Below, piece after piece: positions 28,585 through 37,185 of a stretch of DNA of 64,000 nucleotides. Where the stretch lies: contig JAUYKI010000010.1 in assembly GCA_030700025.1 (NCBI GenBank), positions 16,648 to 80,647 on the forward strand, in the 5' to 3' direction. Positions within the stretch are counted from its first letter, which is position 1, and each line of letters opens with the position of its first letter. Both the position numbers and the translations under genes were made by a program. The notes beneath the pieces were generated by a model. It saw nothing but the letters and a program-made list of their open reading frames with translations. It was not told where the DNA came from and made no database searches. The stretch comes from a bacterium (GTDB lineage Bacteria > Patescibacteriota > Minisyncoccia > UBA6257 > 02-FULL-45-10c).

Positions 28585-28656
28585 GGCATATAGCTCAATG
28601 GTTAGAGTACCGAGCTTATACCTCGGCGGTTCTTGGTTCGAATCCAAGTATGCCCA
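28584..28656 (+). tRNA. tRNA-Ile(TAT) candidate, no encoded CCA
   Basis: acceptor gggcata/tatgccc; D arm gctc-aatggtta-gagt; anticodon arm ccgag-ctTATac-ctcgg (perfect); T arm cttgg-ttcgaat-ccaag; starts at the last base of the ftsH stop codon. Confidence 0.7.
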
Positions 28657-28682
28657 CCCTTAAAAAGAAAAAACACCAGCAG

Positions 28683-28712
28683 GGATTTTTATAAGAAAAA
28701 ACCCTGCTATAA
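28683..28712. terminator. bidirectional terminator
   Basis: AACCCTGCT-ATAA-AGCAGGGTT hairpin with A/T runs on both sides. Confidence 0.6.
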
Positions 28713-29438
28713 AGCAGGGTTGAAACGCTTGCAACTTTCAATAAAGGTCTGAATCTCATCCCGGTTGGGAAACTGGACGCCGCGCTCCAGCAGAACCTGG
28801 AAAGCCCTCGGCAAATAGAAGAACTTGTGCGAGTGGTACATGGTCGTCGCCCGCTCCACATCTTCCTTATTTTCCTCGGCTTCCTTGTCGCTCATCCGGA
28901 AATTTTCAGGGGAAACCCATTCGGTTTCCTTGATTTCCTGGCTTTCCCTTTTGAGCCGACCAGCCTCCACCTTCAGCGTACGGCAAACCACCAGTTTGTG
29001 CATCCGGTCGGGCGACGGAAACTCCGACACCACTTCCGGCCAAATCAGCAAACCAGTTTCTTCCAGCTCTTCCCGAATCGCGGTCAAAAGAATTTTTACG
29101 GTTTCGGAATTCGGATCCCAATCCTGAACCAGGCCAGGATTCAGCTTCCGCTCTCCCTCGTAATTTCCCGAAAACCACTTCCGGAAATCGAAGATTCTCT
29201 GAATCTTGGGGATGCCTTCGTCCAACACCTGGCCGACTTGCGCCCAGGTAATGTCCGAGCCCTTGCTCTGAAGCCGGGCGATCAAATTTTCCATATCCAT
29301 CAGCGCTTCTTCCAGAGTCTTCTCGCCGGAAACCGGCTTAGTCTCCATGTAACGCTCGTGAACCAGAAGCACCCGCCCCTCTTCGTCCATGGTCAAATTC
29401 TTGACCGTAATGCTCGGCTTGTTTGGAAATTCCATCCG
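28707..29438 (-). CDS. Nudix-family hydrolase
   Basis: Nudix box TAIREELEETGLLI (REx2EExG); likely start at MEFPNK (29438); the longer TTG-start ORF runs into element E3. Confidence 0.65.
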   Translation of the reverse strand, partial: RMEFPNKPSITVKNLTMDEEGRVLLVHERYMETKPVSGEKTLEEALMDMENLIARLQSKGSDITWAQVGQVLDEGIPKIQRIFDFRKWFSGNYEGERKLNPGLVQDWDPNSETVKILLTAIREELEETGLLIWPEVVSEFPSPDRMHKLVVCRTLKVEAGRLKRESQEIKETEWVSPENFRMSDKEAEENKEDVERATTMYHSHKFFYLPRAFQVLLERGVQFPNRDEIQTFIESCKRFNPAL

Positions 29439-29606
29439 GCCGCCGCTCAATCCCCAGCCCTCGCGCTTACTGGAAAGCTGTCTCACGGTTAAATCCTCCC
29501 TTGCCCGTCCGTAGTCTCGCGAAGCGAGACGTAGGCGGGTTTGAATTTTCAAGCTGGCTATTCCCAGCACTGGTGGCAGGATACCATAAAAATAAATCTT
29601 TGTCAA

Positions 29607-29678
29607 ACCCCGTTAGAAGCCGCCCTCGCTAAAGCGAGTGGCTACGGCCACCTAGGGGCGGTCTGCTTCTAACGGGGT
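29607..29678 (-). repeat. family A inverted-repeat element E3 (short, GC-rich interior)
   Basis: CCCCGTTAGAAGC...GCTTCTAACGGGG 13-bp terminal inverted repeats; nested hairpins inside. Confidence 0.55.
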
Positions 29679-29725
29679 CAAATTTACCCAATTCCCAAGG
29701 TGGAGTATCATGAGTATATAAACCC

Positions 29726-30745
29726 ATGCATAAAATCACATCTTTCATAATCGCTGAAACCGTCAAGGCCAAGCGAGGCAAGGAAGCGCCGGTCGCGGCG
29801 CCGGTTAAAAGCGCTCCGCATTATTTTGAGAAAACCGTTCCTTCCCAGTTTATTTTAAAACAAGAAACGGCGACTTTAGACAGCGCCTCCATTGAACTGG
29901 TAGCTAAAACTTATCCGCCGGATATTATTTTGGTGGAAGGCACCATTGAGGTGCCGGATGTTTTTGCCGAGGGAACTTTGGAATTGAAAGATAAACTGCT
30001 GGCGGCTTGCTATGAGTTCGCCAAAAAAAACGGCGCCAAAGAAGAACCGGCGGAAGAATATACCGTTTACCAAGTTTATGGCTACCCGGGCGACCCCGAA
30101 GCGATTCTGAAAGAAAGTGGAAAGAAAATGGCGGGTCTGCTGAAATCGGAAAAATTAGAGCTGGACGAAAATGAAGTAAAATATACGCTTTCTTTCCAGT
30201 TAAAATACGCTAAAGACGATTTGGCGATTGTGGATTGGGACGGCGCGTTTTTATTTGACCGGGAAGGGGAATTCGGAGAAACTATTGAATTATTGGAATT
30301 AGCGAACTTCCAGCTGCTCCGCTATCGGATTTTAGACCATGATTTAGACGACCGTTTGCAAAAAATTTCCAAGCTTACCCAGCAGGAAGGCAGCAGCCGG
30401 TGGTTCCGGACCAAAGAAGTGGCGCAAGCGTTCAAAGAAGTGATTAAAGTACGCTCCCAGTCTATTTCAGAATTTGAAGCGCTGGACCGGGACATTAAGC
30501 TAATCGGCGACTGGTATTCGGCCCGGCTTTATGAATTAATGTTTAAAAAATTCCGGATGGACGCCTGGTCTCTGACCATTAAAGAAAAACTGGAGTCTTT
30601 GGAAGACTCTTACGATATCGTGTCGGAGAACCTGGGAATGTCCCGGATGCAACTTTTGGAATTCATCCAAATCGGCGCTTTCTTTATTTTGCAAATCGGC
30701 TGGTTTGCCCTTATTATTCTTGAATTTTTCTATTTTACGCGATAA
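29726..30745 (+). CDS. hypothetical protein with C-terminal TM helix (339 aa)
   Basis: long ORF, consistent codon usage; no recognisable motif. Confidence 0.5.
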   Translation: MHKITSFIIAETVKAKRGKEAPVAAPVKSAPHYFEKTVPSQFILKQETATLDSASIELVAKTYPPDIILVEGTIEVPDVFAEGTLELKDKLLAACYEFAKKNGAKEEPAEEYTVYQVYGYPGDPEAILKESGKKMAGLLKSEKLELDENEVKYTLSFQLKYAKDDLAIVDWDGAFLFDREGEFGETIELLELANFQLLRYRILDHDLDDRLQKISKLTQQEGSSRWFRTKEVAQAFKEVIKVRSQSISEFEALDRDIKLIGDWYSARLYELMFKKFRMDAWSLTIKEKLESLEDSYDIVSENLGMSRMQLLEFIQIGAFFILQIGWFALIILEFFYFTR

Positions 30746-30823
30746 TCTGATTACGACTAAACCAATCGAAAATTAATTTTCGATTGGTCGCCCGATCAAA
30801 TTTATAATATAAATTTGATTTAG

Positions 30824-30857
30824 GGGCCTATGGTATAGTGGCAGAATGCGGCATTCG
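30824..30857 (+). pseudogene. diverged copy of the tRNA-Ala 5' half
   Basis: gggcctatggtatagtggcagaatgcggcattcg aligns with gggctcatagtaaagtggtattacgcagcattcg of the intact tRNA-Ala 300 bp downstream. Confidence 0.45.
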
Positions 30858-30858
30858 T

Positions 30859-31158
30859 CCCGATGTATAAATTTTGAAATGTTCTATACATATATTTTAA
30901 AATCATATAAAGAAGGTTCCTATTACATAGGTAGTTGTGAGAATGTAGACAAAAGATTACGATTACACAATCAAGGTTTTGTGACATCAACTAAACGATA
31001 TAAGCCATGGCAATTAGTATATAGTGAGAAGTTTGATAATTTAATTGGCGCGCGACGTCGAGAAGCTCAGATAAAATCGTTGAAGAAAAGAAGCGCGGTA
31101 GAAAAACTGATAAGAACATTTCAAAATTTATACATCGTGGATCCGCGATAACTTTGGT
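30859..31158 (+). mobile_element. AT-rich GIY-YIG cassette bounded by 24-bp perfect inverted repeats
   Basis: CGATGTATAAATTTTGAAATGTTC at 30861-30884 and its exact reverse complement at 31114-31137; sits between a tRNA-Ala 5'-half copy and the intact tRNA-Ala. Confidence 0.5.
30879..31151 (+). CDS. small GIY-YIG nuclease (YhbQ/UPF0213-like)
   Basis: YTYILKSYKEGSYYIGSCENVDKRLRLHNQG matches GIY-x10-YIG...R...H...N; about 30% GC; alternative start at 30846. Confidence 0.7.
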   Translation: MFYTYILKSYKEGSYYIGSCENVDKRLRLHNQGFVTSTKRYKPWQLVYSEKFDNLIGARRREAQIKSLKKRSAVEKLIRTFQNLYIVDPR

Positions 31159-31229
31159 GGGCTCATAGTAAAGTGGTATTACGCAGCATTCGCATTGCTG
31201 AGGCTCGGGTTCGATTCCCGATGGGTCCA
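31159..31229 (+). tRNA. tRNA-Ala(CGC), no encoded CCA
   Basis: acceptor gggctca/tgggtcc with G3:U70 identity pair; D arm gtaa-agtggta-ttac; anticodon arm cagca-ttCGCat-tgctg; T arm tcggg-ttcgatt-cccga. Confidence 0.8.
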
Positions 31230-31524
31230 CATGAGTCCACCAAAGTTATCGGGACATTGCCAAGGCGCGAGTTTCCCGACTTTCATTAAAGCTACCGAAA
31301 GAAGTCGAGGATCCTCGATGGCTTTGCCATCGGGACGATTCCGCCTAGGTCCACCACAAACGAATACGCCACCCGGGTGGCGTATTGAATTTGACAAATA
31401 ATTACTAAGGGTGTATTATATGAAATAATTCCTATCTGTATGGATAGGTCGCTCCGCAAGGGGTCAGGCGGTAAGAATCCTGCCGCAACTTAGGGTTCAC
31501 AGCACATTGAAAAGGAGGTGCCGT

Positions 31525-32019
31525 ATGGCACGCCCAAGCGAAGAGACAGAGTTTGTAATTCGACAAGGTCCCTCGAAGCTTGACCTGATACTTGCCCTGT
31601 TTGACACCGACATGGGTATAAGAACCGTGAGGTTCCAGGAGGCCAGTCCAGGGTCCGTAAAATACTATCAAGATTGGTTGGTTCAGATCGTTTCCGTAAG
31701 GAGACGGCATACTGCGACAACTTGGGAAATTGAAGGGATCGTGGAAACGAGCGGCGAAAGAGAGCGAGTTTCAATCTACTATTGTACTGCGACGCGCGAA
31801 GGTCGTATGAGGTTCGTGGAGAACCTCCAAATCAACGACAGCGTAGAAGCGTCAAATGACGCCAAGAGGGCATCAGCTCTCATGACCGTCATTGAAAGAA
31901 TGGTGTCCAGCCATAGCTCGGAGATTCACTGCCGGTTTTTCCAACTTTTCGAAAAAGCGAAGCTCATCTCTCGCGCCAAAGATTCCATTTCCCTTGCCGA
32001 AGCGATTAGGGACATCTGA
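31525..32019 (+). CDS. hypothetical protein (164 aa)
   Basis: AAAGGAGG RBS 8 nt upstream; GC-rich structured leader at 31430-31510. Confidence 0.5.
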   Translation: MARPSEETEFVIRQGPSKLDLILALFDTDMGIRTVRFQEASPGSVKYYQDWLVQIVSVRRRHTATTWEIEGIVETSGERERVSIYYCTATREGRMRFVENLQINDSVEASNDAKRASALMTVIERMVSSHSSEIHCRFFQLFEKAKLISRAKDSISLAEAIRDI

Positions 32020-32142
32020 AACAACAAACTTTAACTCAAGCCCCGCGTGGAAAAAATTCTGCGTGGGGCTCTCATTTTTATATTCACATAAACTGCCCTA
32101 AAGCAGTTTTTTATTTTACCGAAAATATTCTAAAATAAACTC

Positions 32143-32712
32143 ATGGATGAATTTCAGCTTTTCGCGCAACCGTGGTGGGTTAATCTTTTGGTTCTGGTTC
32201 CGTTTTTAGCTTATTATTTCTGGCGGAAAAACTCGCTGGAAATTCCTAAATTTATTTTGGTGGTTTCCGCCGTGTTCGGAATTGCTTTTGGATTTGTAGA
32301 AGCAGCCGTAGTAGTTTATCTGCGGGGCGCGGTCGGACTGCTCACCGATTACGCTGGCGCGGATATTTACCAGCAAGCCCAGATTCTCGGCGAACTGCCG
32401 AAAAACTTATGGGTAATAGAATTTTTCCGGGAAGTAGCGACCATAGTAATGCTGGTGAGCATTGCTTTATTGGCCGTAAAATCTTTACGGGAACGATGGG
32501 CAATATTCCTTTGGGTTTTCGCCTGGTGGGATATTTTTTACTATGCCGGCTTACGGGCGACCGTGCGCTGGCCGTCGTCATTATTAAGCCCTGATGTTTT
32601 ATTTCTAATTCCGGTTCCGTGGTTTTCCCAGGTCTGGTTTCCAATCCTCGTCAGCGCCCTTACCATTGGAGCGGTGATTCTAACCACAAAATCCGGCGAA
32701 AAAAATCCATAG
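32143..32712 (+). CDS. hypothetical integral membrane protein (189 aa)
   Basis: five or six hydrophobic helices, Trp-rich. Confidence 0.5.
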   Translation: MDEFQLFAQPWWVNLLVLVPFLAYYFWRKNSLEIPKFILVVSAVFGIAFGFVEAAVVVYLRGAVGLLTDYAGADIYQQAQILGELPKNLWVIEFFREVATIVMLVSIALLAVKSLRERWAIFLWVFAWWDIFYYAGLRATVRWPSSLLSPDVLFLIPVPWFSQVWFPILVSALTIGAVILTTKSGEKNP

Positions 32713-32732
32713 CTTAATTCCCGCCTATCTTA

Positions 32733-33296
32733 ATGGAAAACAGCCAAAAGTTAAGTAATCTATTAAATGATAATCTCTCAAAAAATGAGGTTTATCTTGA
32801 AGCGCTTCGCATTATTAGAAAAAATAGCAACGGCGCAATATGGCTCATCGGCAGCGGAGTTTATAAAACTCTTTTAAATCTGCTATATAACAATCATTAT
32901 GTCATCAAGGATTGGGATTTTATTGTAGAAAAAATAACCACGCCGCTTAAGCTGGAAAATGGCTGGGTAGCCGGAGAAACCAAACATGGCAATCCTAAAC
33001 TAAAAAAAGATGGCTTAGTTATGGATTTAATTGCGCTGAATAATATACACAGCATCACAAAAAGAGGCTTGGAGCCGGATATAAAACACTATCTCAGCGG
33101 CGTGCCCCTAACCATACAATCTATTGCTTTTAACGTAGATCAAAAAATACTTATAGGCGAAGCGGGAATAGAAAGTCTACTTAATAAAACAATAGGGATT
33201 AATAATCTTGATGAATATACCTACGCTGAAAGCATTTATGGCGATCGCTATACCACTCAACATTTCGCCAGCGTTTTGGGGTTTCAAAAAATATAA
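32733..33296 (+). CDS. putative nucleotidyltransferase-fold protein
   Basis: IWLIGSGVYKT...KDWDFIV resembles the hG[GS]x9-13 DxD minimal nucleotidyltransferase motif; AT-rich. Confidence 0.4.
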   Translation: MENSQKLSNLLNDNLSKNEVYLEALRIIRKNSNGAIWLIGSGVYKTLLNLLYNNHYVIKDWDFIVEKITTPLKLENGWVAGETKHGNPKLKKDGLVMDLIALNNIHSITKRGLEPDIKHYLSGVPLTIQSIAFNVDQKILIGEAGIESLLNKTIGINNLDEYTYAESIYGDRYTTQHFASVLGFQKI

Positions 33297-33332
33297 TTGT
33301 TATAACTAAAAACTGCCCCCAAGGGGCAGTTT

Positions 33333-34274
33333 TTACTTTTCAATCTTTTCGCTCAGTTGCCGGAAGGACCCTTTGCCATAAGTTTTTTCTACCAGCCGGG
33401 CTATTGGCAAAAGCCGGCCGGTTAAAACTGCTTTCGCGAATAAATCAAAAACTTCTTCCTCCGATTGAAAATCAGGCTGATTTTTTTCATACAATTCCGC
33501 GATTAATTTTTGTAAGTGCCGCCTCTCTTCCGGATAACTATAAAAATGCAGAACCGCTTTTGCTTGTCCGCCTTGTTCAGCAAAAGAAATAAAAGCCACA
33601 TCGCCAATCGAACGGATTAAGTCAATTTTTTCCACTTCATTTACTTCTCCCAAGTCTTTTTGGAGAACCGGCAAGTTTTTAAGCGTTTCTCGGCAAAACC
33701 GCCTGGTCAGCTCTTCCACAATCGCTTCATCCGCGTCTTTAAAATGCGCTTCTTTTTTATCACCGGTTTTATAAAGCTTAAATCCTTCCCGCCGCGGACG
33801 CACAAACTTCGGCCGGCCTTCTTTTGTGGTCGCTTCTACCGATTGGAAAGAATTCAAATGCAGTAATTCATGGACTAATCCTTTGGCAAAAGCCAAATTA
33901 GGCTTAGTCTTCGCGGCATTAAACCAAATGCTCTGCAAAGCGGCATAATAATGCCCGCCGACATTTTCTCCGAAATATTGTTCCGGCAAAATATGGACTT
34001 TGTCTTCGGAAATAACCAGCGGCTGTCCGCCATAGCGCTCCAAAAATTTCGGCAGTTCTTGATTAATAAAATCAATAACCATTCTCTGCTCCAGCGTTTT
34101 TTCCAGCTCTCCTTCTTTTTGTTCCTGTTCTTGATCAAAAAGAAATCCGCCCAATGCCAGAGCTTCCTGTTCCTTATCTTCTTCCAAGCCTACTATCCGG
34201 ACCAATCCGGATTTTCTGTCCCACTTAATTTCCGGGCTGGCTTCGGGCGGTTGTCTTTTAGGAAACTTTTCCAT
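33333..34274 (-). CDS. hypothetical HExxH-motif protein (313 aa)
   Basis: GLVHELLHL motif; ATG embedded in the family B inverted repeat (GGGTGAGGG-ATG). Confidence 0.5.
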   Translation of the reverse strand: MEKFPKRQPPEASPEIKWDRKSGLVRIVGLEEDKEQEALALGGFLFDQEQEQKEGELEKTLEQRMVIDFINQELPKFLERYGGQPLVISEDKVHILPEQYFGENVGGHYYAALQSIWFNAAKTKPNLAFAKGLVHELLHLNSFQSVEATTKEGRPKFVRPRREGFKLYKTGDKKEAHFKDADEAIVEELTRRFCRETLKNLPVLQKDLGEVNEVEKIDLIRSIGDVAFISFAEQGGQAKAVLHFYSYPEERRHLQKLIAELYEKNQPDFQSEEEVFDLFAKAVLTGRLLPIARLVEKTYGKGSFRQLSEKIEK

Positions 34275-34404
34275 CCCTCACCCTTGAAGGGCCTAACGCG
34301 TTTCCGCGTTTTTGTTTCAAGATTAATTTAAGATTAAGCTCAATCGACATTTTAAATAATAAACTAATTATGGGCAATCTCACAGCCCTTCCAAGGTGAG
34401 GGAT
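34273..34404. repeat. family B paired inverted repeat F2
   Basis: ATCCCTCACCCTTG...CAAGGTGAGGGAT flank 105 bp of AT-rich sequence; abuts the xerC stop. Confidence 0.6.
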
Positions 34405-35300
34405 TAATTTCGTCTACGGCCGTGAAATGCCCTATGGACTTCCCGCAATTCTTTATTAGTTAAATGAGTGTAAACCTGGGTGGTGGCAATATTGCTGTGG
34501 CCAAGCATTTCCTGCACCGCCCGCAAATCCGCGCCGTTTACCAGCAAATCCGTGGCAAACTGGTGGCGGAGCTGATGCGGAGTAATTTTTTTGGTAATGC
34601 CCGCTTTCCGCCGGTAAAACTCCACCAGGCGCTGAACCGAGCGCGGAGTAATTTTTCCGATAATTTTCGGATTTGGCCCCTTTGATAAACTAACGAACAT
34701 GACTCCTTCGGCATCACCGCGTTTCGCCAGATAATTTTTCAAAGCGGTTCGGGCGCGATCCGAAATAAACACTATCCGCAATTTTTCGCCCTTGCCCCGG
34801 ACCGTAATTTCTCCGCGGTCCAAATTAAGATAACGGTCTAATTTGCAAAGCTCCGAAAGCCGGAGTCCGGTAGAAAATAAAGTTTCTAAAATCGCTTTGT
34901 CCCGCAAGCCCCGCAAATTATCTGTTTTGGGAGAATTTAAAAATCTTTCCAAATCCGCGTATTCCACAATTTCAATCTGCCGGCGGGGAATTTTCGGAAG
35001 TTCAATTTTATCCGGCGACAAAACTTCGTAATCTTTTTTAATCAGATATTTTAAAAAGTTCCGGATAGCAATTACGTAAAAAGACTGGGTAATTCTTTTT
35101 AACGGCTTGCCGCGCGCCAACTGAAGGCGGAATTGAATGACTTTTTCCGCGGTAATTTCTTCCGGCTTTTTAACTTTTGCGAAAGCTAAAAACGCCTTTA
35201 AATAACGCTCATAATTTTCCCGGGTTTTAATAGAGCGGTTTTTTTCCACTTCTAAATAATCCAGATAGTTTTGCAAAGCATCTTGAACGCTAGCCATGCC
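34404..35300 (-). CDS. xerC: tyrosine recombinase XerC/XerD family
   Basis: C-terminal R..HxxR..Y catalytic region (RHQFATDLL...LGHSNIATTQVYTHL); ORF extends to 35393 but MASVQD is the likely start. Confidence 0.85.
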   Translation of the reverse strand, partial: GMASVQDALQNYLDYLEVEKNRSIKTRENYERYLKAFLAFAKVKKPEEITAEKVIQFRLQLARGKPLKRITQSFYVIAIRNFLKYLIKKDYEVLSPDKIELPKIPRRQIEIVEYADLERFLNSPKTDNLRGLRDKAILETLFSTGLRLSELCKLDRYLNLDRGEITVRGKGEKLRIVFISDRARTALKNYLAKRGDAEGVMFVSLSKGPNPKIIGKITPRSVQRLVEFYRRKAGITKKITPHQLRHQFATDLLVNGADLRAVQEMLGHSNIATTQVYTHLTNKELREVHRAFHGRRRN

Positions 35301-35341
35301 TTTATTATAACCTGTCGCACAATATTTTTTAACCACGCAAA

Positions 35342-35478
35342 ATCCCTCACTTTTGAAGCACCGAAACGTCCAGGCGATTTCCTTAGAGGACACTAATCAT
35401 TTACAAGTAGGGTCTGGAGTTAGAAAACAACGTAGTAAGACAAACGCTTAAAAATCGCAGCGCTTCAAGAGTGAGGGA
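35342..35478. repeat. family B paired inverted repeat F3
   Basis: ATCCCTCACTTTTGAAGC...GCTTCAAGAGTGAGGGA, 17-bp arms. Confidence 0.6.
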
Positions 35479-35493
35479 CAAATAAAAAACCAC

Positions 35494-35811
35494 CTAAAAG
35501 GTGGCTACTACTCTTACCTGGCTTTCAACCAAGTCATAAATTTCTTTCACTTCTGGACTTCCATCAAGGCCCCGATGGGTCATTGATCGATCCTTATCAA
35601 CATAGGAAAATCCGAAACAGCTGATACTTCCGACAAAAATACTAAGAGTGAAGTAGGTGCCGGCATCCGGTCCCACGAACCGAATCGCCCGATTCAAAAC
35701 AAAATGCTGAAGGCCGTTATCCGCGAAATACTGGTCCGGGCCTACTTTCTGCCATTTCAATTTCTTGGTCCGCGTTAACTGAATCGCCGAGTTCAGTAGC
35801 CGTGTGTGCAC
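35494..35811 (-). CDS. hypothetical protein (105 aa, GTG start)
   Basis: AAGGAGG 10 nt upstream of the GTG; terminator CCACCTTTTAGGTGG downstream. Confidence 0.4.
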   Translation of the reverse strand: MHTRLLNSAIQLTRTKKLKWQKVGPDQYFADNGLQHFVLNRAIRFVGPDAGTYFTLSIFVGSISCFGFSYVDKDRSMTHRGLDGSPEVKEIYDLVESQVRVVATF

Positions 35812-35873
35812 GTTGCTGGTTTCCTCCTTGGTTTTTAGATTCTAAATCCGATTTGGTTCGTATCCTGCCCTCC

Positions 35874-36119
35874 CTAGGAACTTAGATAATACGCCAAACT
35901 TGAACACTTGTCAACTGAATTAATTTTTCTAATCCCGTGATGTTTATAAGCATAGCTTCCGAAAAGCCATAAAAGCCTCAAACTGCACAAAGCGCTGGGG
36001 ATAAAAAACCACCAGGATTTAAAAAATACTCCGGTAATCGCGAAAAAAGTGGTCCATCCCAGCCAAAAAAGCATTAACCGGCCGATGCCAACCGATTCAT
36101 TCCGTTCTTCTTGAGTCAT
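35874..36119 (-). CDS. small membrane protein (81 aa)
   Basis: GGAGGA RBS; two Trp-rich hydrophobic helices. Confidence 0.4.
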   Translation of the reverse strand: MTQEERNESVGIGRLMLFWLGWTTFFAITGVFFKSWWFFIPSALCSLRLLWLFGSYAYKHHGIRKINSVDKCSSLAYYLSS

Positions 36120-36227
36120 TTCGCTCCTCCGCTACTGTCAAAAAGCTATAAATTATATATCACGGATAAAGCCCCAAAACAAGAACCCTGCTTGTAATTT
36201 TTTTTAAATTAGACTATAATAGATACC

Positions 36228-36494
36228 ATGTTAACTAAAAGGCAAAAACTCAATATCGTAAAAGAACACGGCCGGCACGAAACCGATACCGGCTCAACCG
36301 AATCCCAAGTCGGACTTTTGACCAAGCGAATTGAGGAATTAACTGCTCACCTGAAAAAACACCGCAAGGATAATCTGTCCCGGCGCGGGCTTTTACAAAT
36401 GGTCGGAAAAAGAAAAAAATTATTGGACTACCTTTCTAAAAAACAGCCGAAGGCTTACAGCGCGGTTATTAAAAAGTTAGGATTAAAAAAATAA
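36228..36494 (+). CDS. rpsO: 30S ribosomal protein S15
   Basis: 88 aa; HRKDNLSRRGLLQMVGKRKKLLDYL conserved S15 region. Confidence 0.9.
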   Translation: MLTKRQKLNIVKEHGRHETDTGSTESQVGLLTKRIEELTAHLKKHRKDNLSRRGLLQMVGKRKKLLDYLSKKQPKAYSAVIKKLGLKK

Positions 36495-36503
36495 CAAAGC
36501 TGA

Positions 36504-36610
36504 AATACTAATATACTAATTCATACTAATATTCGTATGTGCCTATTCGTTAAGGCATTCGCATACTATTATTCGCATGCATTCGTATATTGGCATTACA
36601 GAATAGCTAA
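36504..36610. repeat. PR-family intergenic repeat R2
   Basis: near-identical to 11009-11116 over about 100 bp, including the 36-bp core and TCGTATATTGGCATTAC. Confidence 0.7.
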
Positions 36611-36613
36611 TTA

Positions 36614-37117
36614 ATGAAACGAAAGGATCAGCGGGTGGGAATCTTTATTGATATCCAGAATCTTTACCACTCCGCCAAAAATTTATACCATTCCCGAGTT
36701 AACTACAAAGAACTTCTGAAAGAACTGGTAGACGGACGGCCGCTTATTAACGCCATGGCCTACGTTGTAAAGTCTGAAGCTACTGCGGAAGCGGCTTTTT
36801 TTGACGCCTTGAAAAAAAGCGGATTGGAATTACGCAGTAAAGAACTTCAAATTTTTCCAGGGGGGATGAAAAAAGCCGATTGGGACGTCGGCATGGCGGT
36901 AGACGCCATCCGAATGTCCGATCCGCTGGACGTCGTAATCTTAGTAACTGGCGACGGAGACTTTATTCCATTAGTAGAATTTTTAAAATGGGGCAAAGGA
37001 CGGACGGTAGAGGTGGCAGCTTTCAGTCGGAGCGCTTCGGCCAAGTTAAAAGAAGCGGCGGATGAATTTATTGATATAGACAAATTGCCGAGAGTTTTAT
37101 TAAGAATTAGAGAATAA
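36614..37117 (+). CDS. NYN-domain (LabA-like) protein
   Basis: VGIFIDIQN..DVVILVTGDGDF pattern of NYN/PIN-like ribonuclease domain; lies between rpsO and pnp. Confidence 0.75.
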   Translation: MKRKDQRVGIFIDIQNLYHSAKNLYHSRVNYKELLKELVDGRPLINAMAYVVKSEATAEAAFFDALKKSGLELRSKELQIFPGGMKKADWDVGMAVDAIRMSDPLDVVILVTGDGDFIPLVEFLKWGKGRTVEVAAFSRSASAKLKEAADEFIDIDKLPRVLLRIRE

Positions 37118-37185
37118 CCCTTCGGCAAGCTCAGGACAAGCTCCTTCAACAGACTCAAAATAATAATAAAAATATAAAAAATAAA

